Part shown: positions 9,978 to 20,260 of the stretch, in pieces
Position numbering within the stretch: position 1 is the first letter of the stretch
Layout of the letters: the number at the start of each line of letters is the position of its first letter
NCBI GenBank assembly: GCA_018816805.1
Contig: JAHIVE010000035.1
Span: 37,575 to 101,574 of the forward strand
Length of the DNA: 64,000 nucleotides
Direction: 5' to 3'
DNA from: Patescibacteria group bacterium
Lineage (GTDB): Bacteria; Patescibacteriota; Gracilibacteria; UBA1369; 2-02-FULL-48-14
Position numbers and translations under genes: made by a program
Notes under the pieces: model-generated
Database searches by the model: none
The model's input: only the letters and a program-made list of their open reading frames with translations
What the model was told of the DNA's origin: nothing

Positions 9978-10856
9978 ATGTTAATTGGGCACGGGAAAAT
10001 TTGGGATAGGCTTAAGGCAGAGGCGGAACAGGGTCGGCTGCATCACGCTCAACTATTTGTGGGGCCGGAGCACACTGGTAAAACAAAGCTTGCTTTGAAA
10101 TTGGCTTCGTTTATGCAGTGTCCGGATGAGTCGCAGCTGGTTTTGAGAAAGCATGTCACGGAGGGTGTGGACGCGGATACTTTGCTTTTTTTGGATAATG
10201 GTGAGGGGCTTATGATTGAGCAAATTAGGAAAATTGTGGAGCGAACAGGAATGACACATTTGAGGCCGTATTTTGTGGTTGTTATTGAAAATATTGGGCG
10301 AATGAAGCCGGAGGCAATGAATGCACTTTTAAAAACTTTGGAAGAGCCGCCAGATGGTTCTGTATTTTTTTTAACAGCGAATAATGAGGGAGATATTTTG
10401 GAAACGATTCGTTCTCGGTCACGCGTGACTCAATTTGGCACAGTGAATGATTTGGAAATGCTTGCGGCGTGCCGCGTTGAGTCTAATGCCGATGAGCTTG
10501 TGATGTATGCAATGGGGCGCCCGGGCAAGCTGATGCGACTTATTGCTGATTCTGATTATTTAAAAATGCACAGGGAGATGAATCATGTGATTTCGCGGTT
10601 TTTAGAGGATCCGGATACTGGGCGTGCGTTTGAAATTGTTCGCAGTTTTGAAAAAAGTGAGAATTTGCAGGATTTTTTGGACATTTTTTTACATAGAGCA
10701 AGGACAATTGCACTTTCACGTGAGAGCGTAACAAATTTAAGTCATCTTGATTTTACGGTTGTCATGGAGGACATTTTAGGTGTAAAACAGGACGCACGAA
10801 ATAATGTTAACTCGCGACTTTTGCTAGAAAACCTTTTATTACCTTTCACTTCTTAG
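9978..10856 (+). CDS. holB: DNA polymerase III subunit delta'
   Basis: LHHAQLFVGPEHTGKT, MNALLKTLEEP, ETIRSRS. Confidence 0.85.
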   Translation: MLIGHGKIWDRLKAEAEQGRLHHAQLFVGPEHTGKTKLALKLASFMQCPDESQLVLRKHVTEGVDADTLLFLDNGEGLMIEQIRKIVERTGMTHLRPYFVVVIENIGRMKPEAMNALLKTLEEPPDGSVFFLTANNEGDILETIRSRSRVTQFGTVNDLEMLAACRVESNADELVMYAMGRPGKLMRLIADSDYLKMHREMNHVISRFLEDPDTGRAFEIVRSFEKSENLQDFLDIFLHRARTIALSRESVTNLSHLDFTVVMEDILGVKQDARNNVNSRLLLENLLLPFTS

Positions 10857-11606
10857 ATGCTTCCTTTAATTGTATTTATCTCTTCGGTTTTGGTGCTTTT
10901 ATACATTTTTTCGAATCGCTTGATAAAAACGCGGCGAGATATTGAATTTCAAAAGAGTTTGGCGGAGCAGGAGGCGATAGAGGCTCGAGAAATAGCTGAA
11001 GAGGAAGAGCCAATGGAGCAAGAAGAGCCTAGCGAGGAGGTTTCCGGAGGTGCTCTTAGAAGGCTTTTGACAAAAGGGGAAATGCATATGAGCAGACGTG
11101 AGTTTGAGGAGGCTGCGAATTGTTTTTTGGCGGTGATTGATTCGGATGAGTCGCATTTGGATGCACTTAATCATATGGGACTTTTGTCTTTGAAGATTGA
11201 GGATTTTCCATCAGCAGAGCTTTATTTTTCCAAGTTGGTGAATCTAAAAAAAGACCCGGTTTATTTCAGTAATTTAGGGGCGGCTTTGTACAGTCAGTCG
11301 CGACTACTTGAGGCTGCGGAAGCTTATGAAAATGCTATTGCGTTAGATGACAGACGTGCAAACCGCTTGCAGAGTTTGGCGCAGGTTTATCATGAGCTTG
11401 GGGACGGCGAGAAGGCTTTGAAGTATTTTGAGGCGGCAGCGGCTCGAAAGTCAAAGGATAATGATTTGAAGATTATTTTGGCGGAATATTACAGGCAGAT
11501 GGGGCGGGCTGAAGAAGCCTTGGCTGCACTTGAAAAGGTTTTGGAAAGTGACCCTTATAATGACGTGGTGAAGAAGATGGTGAAGGAGGTTAAGGGAGGA
11601 ATGTAA
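10857..11606 (+). CDS. membrane-anchored TPR protein
   Basis: N-terminal TM helix, acidic linker, several TPR-like repeats (NLGAALY...EAAEAYENAIALD). Confidence 0.85.
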   Translation: MLPLIVFISSVLVLLYIFSNRLIKTRRDIEFQKSLAEQEAIEAREIAEEEEPMEQEEPSEEVSGGALRRLLTKGEMHMSRREFEEAANCFLAVIDSDESHLDALNHMGLLSLKIEDFPSAELYFSKLVNLKKDPVYFSNLGAALYSQSRLLEAAEAYENAIALDDRRANRLQSLAQVYHELGDGEKALKYFEAAAARKSKDNDLKIILAEYYRQMGRAEEALAALEKVLESDPYNDVVKKMVKEVKGGM

Positions 11607-11685
11607 TATTTGAACCTGAATGGTTACTTGCATTATTTAGCTAAATGTGGTTAAATGCCTCTCTTTAATTGATTAGGTTGCAAAT

Positions 11686-12540
11686 ATGTTGCAATTCCCG
11701 GAGATTTCAGTTCAAGAAGCTGCAGATATGAAAACTGCATATTATGATGCTTTAGGCTTTGTTTGGGGCAAGGGTGGCTCAATAAGATGTCAGGAGTTGA
11801 ACCAAAAAGACCCTGATGGAGTTGCTTTGGAGGATCTTCGAAAAAATGAGCTGCAGAGAACAAGAGATGCTGTTCGTGATAATTGTATGGTGGTTTTGGT
11901 TGGACCAAGTGGGGCTGGGAAGAGCCATTTGTTGAGGAGTATTGAAAGAGATGGGGCTATGTATTATGAGCTTCCTCATGGCACTTTTGCTTGGCGAAAT
12001 GTTGAGGAATATAGACAGTTAGTATTTGAGGAATTTGGAGAGCTCTCTGCCGGTCAAGAGGGTATTGAAACCGTTGTGCTTGATGAATTGGCGAATGATA
12101 ATGCAAGTGTGAGTCTTGTTCAACAGCAGTTGGATTTGGGTAGACGTGTTGTTGCCGGAGTTGGAGGAATGAGATCTAATGAGTCGAAAATATTTGATAT
12201 GGAATTGGCTTATTATAGAGAAAAACCTGTTTTTGTTGAAATGAGTTACAAGCCGCTAAATGAAATGCAGATTCTTGAGCTAATGATGTCGTTTGTTGGC
12301 CGGGAGTGCTGTCTTGGGCGAATGTCCGAATCTATTTCTCATTTAATGGAGTTCTCCTCTGAATTTCCTGTTGATATAAATGCTGTGAGGGCTTTGACTC
12401 CAATTAATATGCGTGGCAGATGTGATGTGGATGCTTTTAAAGAGCAGACCAGGATTATGAGGAATGAATGTGTTTATAGCAGTGTTCCTTTATGGCCGCT
12501 TTCTTTTATTCGTCTGCACCGAAGGTTTCTTGTCTCTTAG
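11686..12540 (+). CDS. hypothetical P-loop NTPase-like protein
   Basis: VVLVGPSGAGKS (Walker A) and VVLDE (Walker B-like); the rest is unrecognised. Confidence 0.6.
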   Translation: MLQFPEISVQEAADMKTAYYDALGFVWGKGGSIRCQELNQKDPDGVALEDLRKNELQRTRDAVRDNCMVVLVGPSGAGKSHLLRSIERDGAMYYELPHGTFAWRNVEEYRQLVFEEFGELSAGQEGIETVVLDELANDNASVSLVQQQLDLGRRVVAGVGGMRSNESKIFDMELAYYREKPVFVEMSYKPLNEMQILELMMSFVGRECCLGRMSESISHLMEFSSEFPVDINAVRALTPINMRGRCDVDAFKEQTRIMRNECVYSSVPLWPLSFIRLHRRFLVS

Positions 12541-12542
12541 CT

Positions 12543-14327
12543 TTACTCCGTTGCGGGTGTGCCTTCGTAGTATTGGGGTGGGCGGGCTTCATAAGAGGAA
12601 TGGAAGAGTTCCGGTTCTGAGGCGGTGCCGTCTGCGGTGATTATTGTGCGATACCAGTCAACGTCAAAGCCTGTGTGGGCGTATTCTTTGAATTTGCGCT
12701 CACCGGGTGGGAGCTCTGAGGTGTAGGTGATAGAAGGTGTTGAAACTGAGTGGTAGTTGTAACTGTAGGGGCCATCCATTTCGACTTTGCGGCCGTCGTA
12801 AGTGCCGTAAAAGACAAAGTAAGCGGTTTTGCCTTCCGTGTAGCCTTGGATTAGGAGGTAATTTTCAGTGTCGTTGATGAAGCGAAGGTCCGGAAGGGGG
12901 TCGTAGACGGTGGCGTCAAGGCCGTAGCCGTTGGGGTAGGCGTAGTAGGAGACCGCATAAGAGTGGTTTTTGCGGGCGGTAATTGGGAGGCCGGAGTAGA
13001 GGGCTGCGCGGAACATGGTTGAAGAAACTTGGCACATTCCGCCGCCGTATTCTGGTTTGGTGTCATTTCCTTTGATAACGAGTTCGGCGCGGTAGCCGTG
13101 AGCGGCGTCAATTGGGCCCATTCTTGTGGTGAATGAGAATTCTTCACCGGGGGCGATTAGTTGACCGTTAAATGTTGCGATCCCTTGGGTCAAGTTGTGG
13201 ATGCGGTTGACGGTTGAGTCGTAAAAGAGTGAGTAGCCGTAGCCGACCAGGTCCGTGACGCCCTTTTCTTTGAGAGAGTCGGGGACTGTGACGACGGGGT
13301 CTGTTTCAATTATTGGAAGAGTTAGGGTGTCTTCTTCACTGTTTAGAACGTTTTGGAATTCTTGATAGAATGCTGCGCGGTCTATCATGCGGCCGCGGCG
13401 GGCTGAGCCTTCAAAAGCGTATATGCCGTCTTCATTTTCCGTTATTGTTGCGTTGACTGGCTCTGTTTCAACTTCCGTTGCGATTTCTTGGTTTAGGAAG
13501 TCATTTAGGGCGTCTTCAGAGACTTTGTAGGATTCGCCGTCCGGGATTATTAGGTTCAGGTGATCTTTTATAACGACTGTCCATTTTGCTCCGTCAGGAT
13601 CCTGGAGTGTGATTTTTTTGTTAATTATTTGACCAAGTTCGTCAATGTGGGCTTCCAGGTCCTTTGTGGTAAGAGTTGGCTCATGTACAACAAGTGGTAG
13701 CTTTTCTGAAGTTGGCACGTTTAAAGTGCGATGATATTCGTTCAAGGCTTTTAGAATGGCGAGGGTATCAATTTCATAGCCGGTTTGTTCCGGGGAAATT
13801 TTGATTTCGCCGTTTTCAAAGTAGTAGGCGGCTTCTTTGAGAGGTTGTTCAATTTCAGTGTCTGAGTAGGATTCTTTGATGCGGCTTAAGGATACGGTGA
13901 GGGAGGAATGATTTTTTTCACCGAGAATGAAGACGCGAAGACGGTCCACTGCGGGTCTTTTGTCGAAGTCGTTTAGGTAAGTTGTTAAGATGTCCAGGTT
14001 GGTTTGGGGCTGGAATTCACTGATTTGGATTTCTTTTTCTCCGCGGTCAGAGGTCCAGAGAATTTTTTGTTTTTGGAATTCTTTGTCAAGCTGAGTGATC
14101 TGCTCAGAAGCGTGATTGAAGCTTTCAAAAGAGCGGAGCGAGTAATCTTCAATAGTAATTCTATCCAAAAAGGCTGACTCAGGCAGAGCTTGTACTGCAA
14201 AAACCGAGCCGACTTCTGCTGCGAGAACCAGAAGAGAAATGCTCAATGCCAAGCCTCTTGCGAAACGTAGTTTGCGCTTGGCTTTTGCTTTTTTTGTTGT
14301 CTTTGCTGGTTTTTTATTCTTCGTCAT
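12543..14327 (-). CDS. VanW family protein with peptidoglycan-binding repeats
   Basis: NRIHNL, LIAPGEEFSF, GGGMCQVSSTMFRAAL, RKNHSYAVSYY, GLDATVY, DLRFIN; N-terminal TM anchor. Confidence 0.92.
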   Translation of the reverse strand: MTKNKKPAKTTKKAKAKRKLRFARGLALSISLLVLAAEVGSVFAVQALPESAFLDRITIEDYSLRSFESFNHASEQITQLDKEFQKQKILWTSDRGEKEIQISEFQPQTNLDILTTYLNDFDKRPAVDRLRVFILGEKNHSSLTVSLSRIKESYSDTEIEQPLKEAAYYFENGEIKISPEQTGYEIDTLAILKALNEYHRTLNVPTSEKLPLVVHEPTLTTKDLEAHIDELGQIINKKITLQDPDGAKWTVVIKDHLNLIIPDGESYKVSEDALNDFLNQEIATEVETEPVNATITENEDGIYAFEGSARRGRMIDRAAFYQEFQNVLNSEEDTLTLPIIETDPVVTVPDSLKEKGVTDLVGYGYSLFYDSTVNRIHNLTQGIATFNGQLIAPGEEFSFTTRMGPIDAAHGYRAELVIKGNDTKPEYGGGMCQVSSTMFRAALYSGLPITARKNHSYAVSYYAYPNGYGLDATVYDPLPDLRFINDTENYLLIQGYTEGKTAYFVFYGTYDGRKVEMDGPYSYNYHSVSTPSITYTSELPPGERKFKEYAHTGFDVDWYRTIITADGTASEPELFHSSYEARPPQYYEGTPATE

Positions 14328-15508
14328 GACCCTATAAGATCAGGTTTTTGACCTGATGGCAAGATAAATTTGAGGGCGATTGGCGTTATGAAGGTTGTGA
14401 AGAAAGCCATGAAGACCAGAATGGAGAAGATTTCGTGAGTTATTATTCCGGCCTCCAGACCAATTGAGGCAAGGATAAGTTCGACGGCGCCGCGGCCGTT
14501 CATGGCGAAGCCGATGATGGCGGAGGAGCGGAGGCCTTTGCCGGAGAAGTAGGCTGCGGCGCCGGCTCCAACTACTTTGCCGACTAAAGCGCCGAGTAAA
14601 ATCAGTATCAAAAATGCTAAAGTTCCGGGCTCAGAAAAAACTGCAAAATCTACTGCGAATCCAAGTGATACAAAAAAGATAGGACCAAGAAAGCTGTAGG
14701 ACAAGCCAAAAAGTCGGTCTTCGATTTTTTGGAAAATTTTCTCAGAAACAAGCTCTTCTTTAATGAAAAGCCCGGCCATGTAGGCTCCGATTACAAAATG
14801 GATGCCTAGCTTTTCGGCGATAACACCGAAAAGAAGACCGAAAATCAGGGTGAGGGTAAAGGCTTTTCCGCCTGAAGAGCAGAAGAATTTTTTCAGAACC
14901 GGGTTTATTAGTTTTTCGCCAATGAAGATTATTGAGAAAAAGAAAACAATTAGTTTAACAAAGAGTAGGCCAACTTCTGCGGTTGTCATTGTTCCGGCTG
15001 TCGCGATGGTCAAAATTGCGGAAACCAGGATAAAGGCCAAGATGTCGTCTGCAACCGCAGCCACCATGACCAGGTTTTTTATTTCGCTGTTACGGTAGTC
15101 AAAGTCTTTGAAGATTTTGGCGGTGACGGAGATGGCTGTGATGGACATGGCCACACCAATGAAAAGGGCTTGTACGAGGCTTGCATTAAAGAGAAAGCTT
15201 ATACCCGCTCCAAGTCCAAAAGGCAGGACAATGCCGGCAAGAGCAATCAGGAGGCCCAGGCGGGAGGATTCAAGGAGTTTTTTTGGTTCGGTTTCAAGAC
15301 CGGCGTGAAGCATCAGGAAGAAAATTCCCAGTTCCGCTAGGATTTTTACGCTTTCGGTTTCATGGAAGACGCCAAGTAGGGCGGGTCCAAAAATGAGGCC
15401 GGCCAGAAGCTCGCCTAAAATCAGCGGTAATTTTACCGCTCTGAATAGCATACCTGTTGACCAAACCACCACCATTATGAGGAGGAGGTTCTCAATCTCT
15501 ATCGACAT
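14324..15508 (-). CDS. cation:proton antiporter (CPA2 family)
   Basis: GELLAGLIFGP, AGLET, SITAISV, AAVADD, PIFFVSLG, GRGAVEL; about 12 TM helices. Confidence 0.92.
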   Translation of the reverse strand: MSIEIENLLLIMVVVWSTGMLFRAVKLPLILGELLAGLIFGPALLGVFHETESVKILAELGIFFLMLHAGLETEPKKLLESSRLGLLIALAGIVLPFGLGAGISFLFNASLVQALFIGVAMSITAISVTAKIFKDFDYRNSEIKNLVMVAAVADDILAFILVSAILTIATAGTMTTAEVGLLFVKLIVFFFSIIFIGEKLINPVLKKFFCSSGGKAFTLTLIFGLLFGVIAEKLGIHFVIGAYMAGLFIKEELVSEKIFQKIEDRLFGLSYSFLGPIFFVSLGFAVDFAVFSEPGTLAFLILILLGALVGKVVGAGAAAYFSGKGLRSSAIIGFAMNGRGAVELILASIGLEAGIITHEIFSILVFMAFFTTFITPIALKFILPSGQKPDLIGS

Positions 15509-15800
15509 GCTCTTTTTTGGTTACTTCCATTTCATTCGGGATTTCTTTCATCCCGTGGGGTGACTTCTCTTGTTTTGTCTTTTTGCCAAGTAAAAGGCGA
15601 CGAGCCAGCTTGAAAAAGCCACTTGCCGTTTCCTTGCCGAGTTTTGATACTTCTTTAAGGTCGGAGCGGGTTTCTTGTCCTTTTTTTGGCGCGAGTGAAA
15701 TTCCCAAAACGGATCCGATAGCGGTGCCAATAATGGCTCCCATTACAATTCGGTCAATTGCGGAGTCATTAGATTTTTCTTTATTTTTTTTCCTTAGCAT
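15492..15800 (-). CDS. YtxH-domain protein
   Basis: GAIIGTAIGSVLGISLAPKKGQETR signature. Confidence 0.8.
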   Translation of the reverse strand: MLRKKNKEKSNDSAIDRIVMGAIIGTAIGSVLGISLAPKKGQETRSDLKEVSKLGKETASGFFKLARRLLLGKKTKQEKSPHGMKEIPNEMEVTKKEHVDRD

Positions 15801-17319
15801 AGTCAACAGCGTGAATTTCACGAATTAAGTTTACTTTAATAATGCCCGGAAAGGAAAGCTCTTCAGATATTTTTTCTGCAATTGAATCTGCAGCGGGCTG
15901 CATTTGATTGTCTTTAATTTGCTTTTCATCCACTATTACGCGCACTTCACGGCCGGCGGACATTGTGTAAACTTTTTTAATTCCACCGTAGGATTTTGCG
16001 GTTTCTTCAAGCTGTTTGATTCTTTCAAAGTAGTTTGTGACGGATTCTTGGCGAGCACCCGGACGAACTGAAGAGATTGCGTCCGCTGCTTTCACAATGA
16101 AGTCAGCTGGGGAGACGCAAGGCACTTTGTCATGATGGGCGAAGGCCGCATAAACAATTTCTTCCGGGAAATTGTATTTTTCCAGGATTTCCTTGCTGAG
16201 GTCGTCATGTGAGCCGCCAAGGTCATGGTCCACGGCTTTACCAATGTCGTGGTAAAAAGCAGCCAGCATTGCAGTTTGCGAGTCCGAACCAATTTGCTCC
16301 GCGAGTAAACGGGCAATGTGGGCCATTTCAATTGAGTGTTGAAGAACGTTTTGTCCAAAAGAAGTGCGGAAATACATTCTTCCAACAAGGTTTACCAATT
16401 CAGGATCTAGTGTTTTAAAGTCAATGTCCATCATTTGCATGGCTTCTTTGCCTTTGTTGTCGCAGATGCCCATGATTTCTTTTTCAGATTCTTCAACACA
16501 TTCTTTGACCATTGGTGGATCAATTTTGCCGGACTTTGCGCTGCGTTTTTGAAGTCGATTGATGGCGCCTTTTGCAATGTGTCTGCGCAGCAGGTTTACG
16601 CCGCCGACATGAATTTCCATTGGGTCCAAATTGAAAATAATGGAGACCGGCAGGAGGCTTTCAAGATATTGGATGTTTTGGCCACCTTTGCCAATTAGTA
16701 TGCCTTTAAATTTGTCTGATTTGAGGTTTACTGTGGTTGAGTTTTTGTCAACTGAGCTTTGAGTTTGGAGGCGCTGAATTACCGGGCGGAGAACCGCCTT
16801 TGCTTGAATTTGTGCCTCTTCCGTGTATTCTTCAATGTAGCCTTTTGTGCGTGCCTCACGATTTTCTGTGATAACTTCATTCAGTTGTTTTTCAATGTGT
16901 GCTTTGGCTTTTTCTGCCGTGGCGCCCGCGGTTTGGGCAAGGGCGGCTATCATTTTGTCGCTGATTTGCTCGGTGGATTTTTGAAGGTCTTCGACTTGTT
17001 TTTCAACTTGTTTTAGCGAGCCTTCATATGATTTGTTGCGGTGCTCTTTGCGCTCTAAAAGTTCTTCTTTTTGCTTTAGAGTGGATTCAAGGTTTTTTTC
17101 ATGTTCGGCAAAATATTTTTCTTCATCTTGGAGGATTTTTTGGGCGCGAGCGATTTGTTCTTTGCTTTTATGTTTGATCTCGCCGGCTTGTTCTTTGGCT
17201 TTTTGCAAAATGGCTTCATCCGCGGGTGTTTCTTCCATTTTTTCACGAATCATGCTGTAGGAGACGGCGCCGCCGAGTCCCAAACCGATAAGTCCGATGA
17301 TAATATTTACAAACGTCAT
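15781..17319 (-). CDS. rny: ribonuclease Y
   Basis: N-terminal TM, coiled coil, KH (IGKGGQNI), HD (HDIGK, HH, ADAISSVRPGARQES), AGREVRVIV. Confidence 0.92.
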   Translation of the reverse strand: MTFVNIIIGLIGLGLGGAVSYSMIREKMEETPADEAILQKAKEQAGEIKHKSKEQIARAQKILQDEEKYFAEHEKNLESTLKQKEELLERKEHRNKSYEGSLKQVEKQVEDLQKSTEQISDKMIAALAQTAGATAEKAKAHIEKQLNEVITENREARTKGYIEEYTEEAQIQAKAVLRPVIQRLQTQSSVDKNSTTVNLKSDKFKGILIGKGGQNIQYLESLLPVSIIFNLDPMEIHVGGVNLLRRHIAKGAINRLQKRSAKSGKIDPPMVKECVEESEKEIMGICDNKGKEAMQMMDIDFKTLDPELVNLVGRMYFRTSFGQNVLQHSIEMAHIARLLAEQIGSDSQTAMLAAFYHDIGKAVDHDLGGSHDDLSKEILEKYNFPEEIVYAAFAHHDKVPCVSPADFIVKAADAISSVRPGARQESVTNYFERIKQLEETAKSYGGIKKVYTMSAGREVRVIVDEKQIKDNQMQPAADSIAEKISEELSFPGIIKVNLIREIHAVDYAKEKK

Positions 17320-17337
17320 GCTTGGATTCTAACAGAT

Positions 17338-18468
17338 TTAGGGAGAGGTGTATAGGGAGCGCATAATTTCCACTGTCTTCTCAATTTCTTCTTCTGTTGT
17401 GGGGCGGCCGAGGGTGAAACGGATTGAATGGCTGGCTTCTTTGAGTGATTTGCCCATGGCCAGGAGTACGTGAGAAGCTTTTAGCTTTCCAGAAGAGCAG
17501 GCGGCGCCGGCGGAGGCGGCGACGCCTTCAATGTCAAGGCGTTGAACCAGGTTTTCTCCGGTTATTCCGTCTATCTTGAGGTTTAGGAAGTTTGGAAGCC
17601 GAAGGTCCGGGTGGCCGTTTAAGGCTGCACCGGGGAGGGTGAGGAGTTTTGATTGAAGATTGTCCCGGAGGGCGCGGAGGCGCTCTGCTTCCTCTTTGCT
17701 GTGTTCTAGGAATAGGCGCATTGCGGAGGCAAAGCCGACAATTTGAGCGGGACTTTCCGTGCCGCCGCGCATGCGGAATTCCTGGCCGCCACCCATAATT
17801 TGGGGGGTTAGCTGGATTCCTTCACGAATGTATAGAAGGCCGATCCCTTTGGGGCCGTAAACTTTTGAGGCGTTTAGTGTCATGAGGTCGACGCCGAGGT
17901 GAGCGCAGTTTATGTCCAGGTAACCGGGAGCTTGGCAAGCGTCCGTGTGGAAAATGGCACCGCGCTGCCGGACGAGTTTGGCTATTTTTTTGATTGGTTG
18001 GACAGTGCCGACTTCATTGTTCACGTACATAATTGAGACCAGAGTGGTGTCCGGGCGGAGGGCGGCGGCTACTTCTTCCGGGTTTATGATGCCTTCAGGT
18101 GAGGGTTTTATGAGGGTGAGTTCAAAACCGAAATTGTCACGCAAATATTCTGCTGGTTCGAGGATTGCAGCGTGTTCAAAGGCGGAAATTATTATGTGTT
18201 TGCCGCGTTTTTGGTTGGCAAAAGCTGTGCCGAATATAGCGAGATTGCAGGATTCTGTGCCGGAGCCGGTGAAAATTATATTTCGCGGAGAGGCGGCGCC
18301 TAGGGCTTCGACAAAAAAAATACGGGATTCGTCAATTGCCTTGCGGGCTACCTGGCCAAAGCGGTGAACGGAAGATGGGTTGCCAAAATGCTCCGTTAAA
18401 TACGGCCGCATTGACTCGAAAACCTGTGGGGCAAGCGGTGTTGTGGCCGCGTAGTCCAGGTAGATCAT
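17338..18468 (-). CDS. iscS: cysteine desulfurase (IscS/NifS family)
   Basis: YLDYAATTP, FGNPSS, NNEVG, FHTDACQ, KVYGPKGIG, SAGAACSSG. Confidence 0.93.
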   Translation of the reverse strand: MIYLDYAATTPLAPQVFESMRPYLTEHFGNPSSVHRFGQVARKAIDESRIFFVEALGAASPRNIIFTGSGTESCNLAIFGTAFANQKRGKHIIISAFEHAAILEPAEYLRDNFGFELTLIKPSPEGIINPEEVAAALRPDTTLVSIMYVNNEVGTVQPIKKIAKLVRQRGAIFHTDACQAPGYLDINCAHLGVDLMTLNASKVYGPKGIGLLYIREGIQLTPQIMGGGQEFRMRGGTESPAQIVGFASAMRLFLEHSKEEAERLRALRDNLQSKLLTLPGAALNGHPDLRLPNFLNLKIDGITGENLVQRLDIEGVAASAGAACSSGKLKASHVLLAMGKSLKEASHSIRFTLGRPTTEEEIEKTVEIMRSLYTSP

Positions 18469-18785
18469 GATCGAGTTAAAATTTTAAAGTGTTCCCGAAC
18501 TTGATCTTCAAGTTTGTCCACGGCTAAGTCCATGGCTTCATTGATATTGTGTTTCACCACTTTTGTGTTGAATTTGCCGCCGCGCGGTGCGGTGATGTCA
18601 AAAGTGATTTCGTATGCGTTGTGACGCTCATGCCGTTGGATGCGGCAAGCTGCTTTAACCGTGTCAGGGTCAGGGTAGTGAGCTTCCATAAATGGTTTGA
18701 TGCGCTGCATTTTTTCTTCTAAATATTCAAGAAATTTCTTTTTGTCAGTTTCATTCAAGTTTTTGCTGTTTGGTATGATTCGCAT
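18465..18785 (-). CDS. hpf: ribosome hibernation factor (HPF/RaiA family)
   Basis: ~106 aa, YLEEKMQRI...AMDLAVDKLEDQVR pattern. Confidence 0.75.
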   Translation of the reverse strand: MRIIPNSKNLNETDKKKFLEYLEEKMQRIKPFMEAHYPDPDTVKAACRIQRHERHNAYEITFDITAPRGGKFNTKVVKHNINEAMDLAVDKLEDQVREHFKILTRS

Positions 18786-18819
18786 AAATGGAGGGTTAGA
18801 AAATGGATTTTAGATTGTA

Positions 18820-19323
18820 TCATTTTTTCCAAATGATTTCATCCGTTTTTGTGTCAAAATTGATTTTTCTGGCTAGCAGAAACAGAAAATCCGACAAACG
18901 ATTTATATAGGGGAGGCTTGCTGTGGGCAGCGGAGTTACTTTAAGCATTCTGCGCTCCAAGCGTCGGCAGACTGTGCGGGCCAGATTGATTTTTGCGGCA
19001 ATGGGGTGGCCGCCAGGAAGAATGAAATTTTTGAGAGGGGGAAGTTCGGCTTCCAGAGTATTGATCAGCTCATCAAGAGTTTGGAGCGGAAGATGAAAGT
19101 TTTCTTGAGACTTGGAGTTGGCAATAAGGGCACCGAGTTCGTAGAGGTCTCGCTGGATTGAAATTAAAAAATCAGCGTTGTGTTCGCTGGCAATTACACC
19201 AAGGTGGGCGTTTAGTTCATCAATAGTGCCAAGTATTTCAATTATGAAGTTATCTTTTAATACCCTTTCGCCGGAAAAAAGGCTGGTTTCGCCAGTGTCT
19301 CCGGTTTTTGTACTAATGCTCAT
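18820..19323 (-). CDS. pduO: ATP:cob(I)alamin adenosyltransferase (PduO type)
   Basis: STKTGDTGETSL, GTIDELNA, FILPGG, ARTVCRRLER, YINRLSDFLF; start at ATG 19323. Confidence 0.93.
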   Translation of the reverse strand: MSISTKTGDTGETSLFSGERVLKDNFIIEILGTIDELNAHLGVIASEHNADFLISIQRDLYELGALIANSKSQENFHLPLQTLDELINTLEAELPPLKNFILPGGHPIAAKINLARTVCRRLERRMLKVTPLPTASLPYINRLSDFLFLLARKINFDTKTDEIIWKK

Positions 19324-19483
19324 TGCTTGAAAATAAAAGTGCAATCCCAAAAATGATTGCCAGGCCTCCAATACCGGCTTGAATAATTGGTATTGCTGTT
19401 AGTGAGTCTAGCCAGAAATAAATCTGTGGAACCGCAAGAACCAGCCCGCCGAGGATGAGAAGGATGGCTGCAAATTTTTTCAT
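19313..19483 (-). CDS. small 56-aa two-TM membrane protein
   Basis: Manual translation MKKFAAILLILGGLVLAVPQIYFWLDSLTAIPIIQAGIGGLAIIFGIALLFSSNEH*; overlaps the pduO start; below the ORF-track cutoff. Confidence 0.65.
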   Translation of the reverse strand: MKKFAAILLILGGLVLAVPQIYFWLDSLTAIPIIQAGIGGLAIIFGIALLFSSNEH

Positions 19484-19562
19484 TTTGGGAGCGTTAAGTT
19501 CGCTTTTATTTTAGCAATTTTTAATTTAATGTGCGAGTCGGAAACCATTAACCATTCATATT

Positions 19563-19967
19563 ATGAGCGACCAGCAACTTAAAACTCTTATTGAACTTAT
19601 TAACGCCAAGGACGAGCAGCTTAAGGATGCAAAAAAGCATCTTAGAGAGCTTGAGGCGGATGTGCCGATGGATTTGGAAGATTTGCTTTTGTCGCTGAAA
19701 GATCTTAGGGACCAAGTGAAAGAGAAAAAGGAGGAGCACCTTAAAAACCTGCTTGAAAACAATGCTGAATATCCGGAGGTTCGCGAGGAGATTCAGAATT
19801 TAAAGGAGGAAATTGCCAATGCTAAATTGGAGCTTTTTGCGACTGCAGCAAATTTGAGCCGAGAGAAAGGGAATTTGGACCAGACAGTCAACGTTCAAGG
19901 TGCACCTATGCGCTTGCAAACTCAGAGCGAAGTGCAGGTGTTTTTGAATGGGAAGCAGCTGAAGTAG
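19563..19967 (+). CDS. hypothetical coiled-coil protein
   Basis: 134 aa with heptad-rich charged helices and a short beta-like C-terminus. Confidence 0.8.
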   Translation: MSDQQLKTLIELINAKDEQLKDAKKHLRELEADVPMDLEDLLLSLKDLRDQVKEKKEEHLKNLLENNAEYPEVREEIQNLKEEIANAKLELFATAANLSREKGNLDQTVNVQGAPMRLQTQSEVQVFLNGKQLK

Positions 19968-20260
19968 TAAATAGACCCCAGTTTTACCGAAAATTTATCA
20001 AAGAGGTGCTTGACGGAATGACCGACCATCAAAGTTTACATTAAATTTCCGGGCTTTATTGTTTCTGCCCGGGCAGAGATTTTACCTTTCTTTTTGACTT
20101 ATTTAAGCCATTTTATCCTTTATAAAAATTTGGTTTTGTTGTATATGCCAATTTGGTAAGTCGAATTATAAAACATCACTTTCACAGACATTCTTGCACA
20201 TTCAAAAAAAAATGTTGATTTTAACAGGTTGCAGAAAAGGGGCTCTACCTTAATCCTTTT

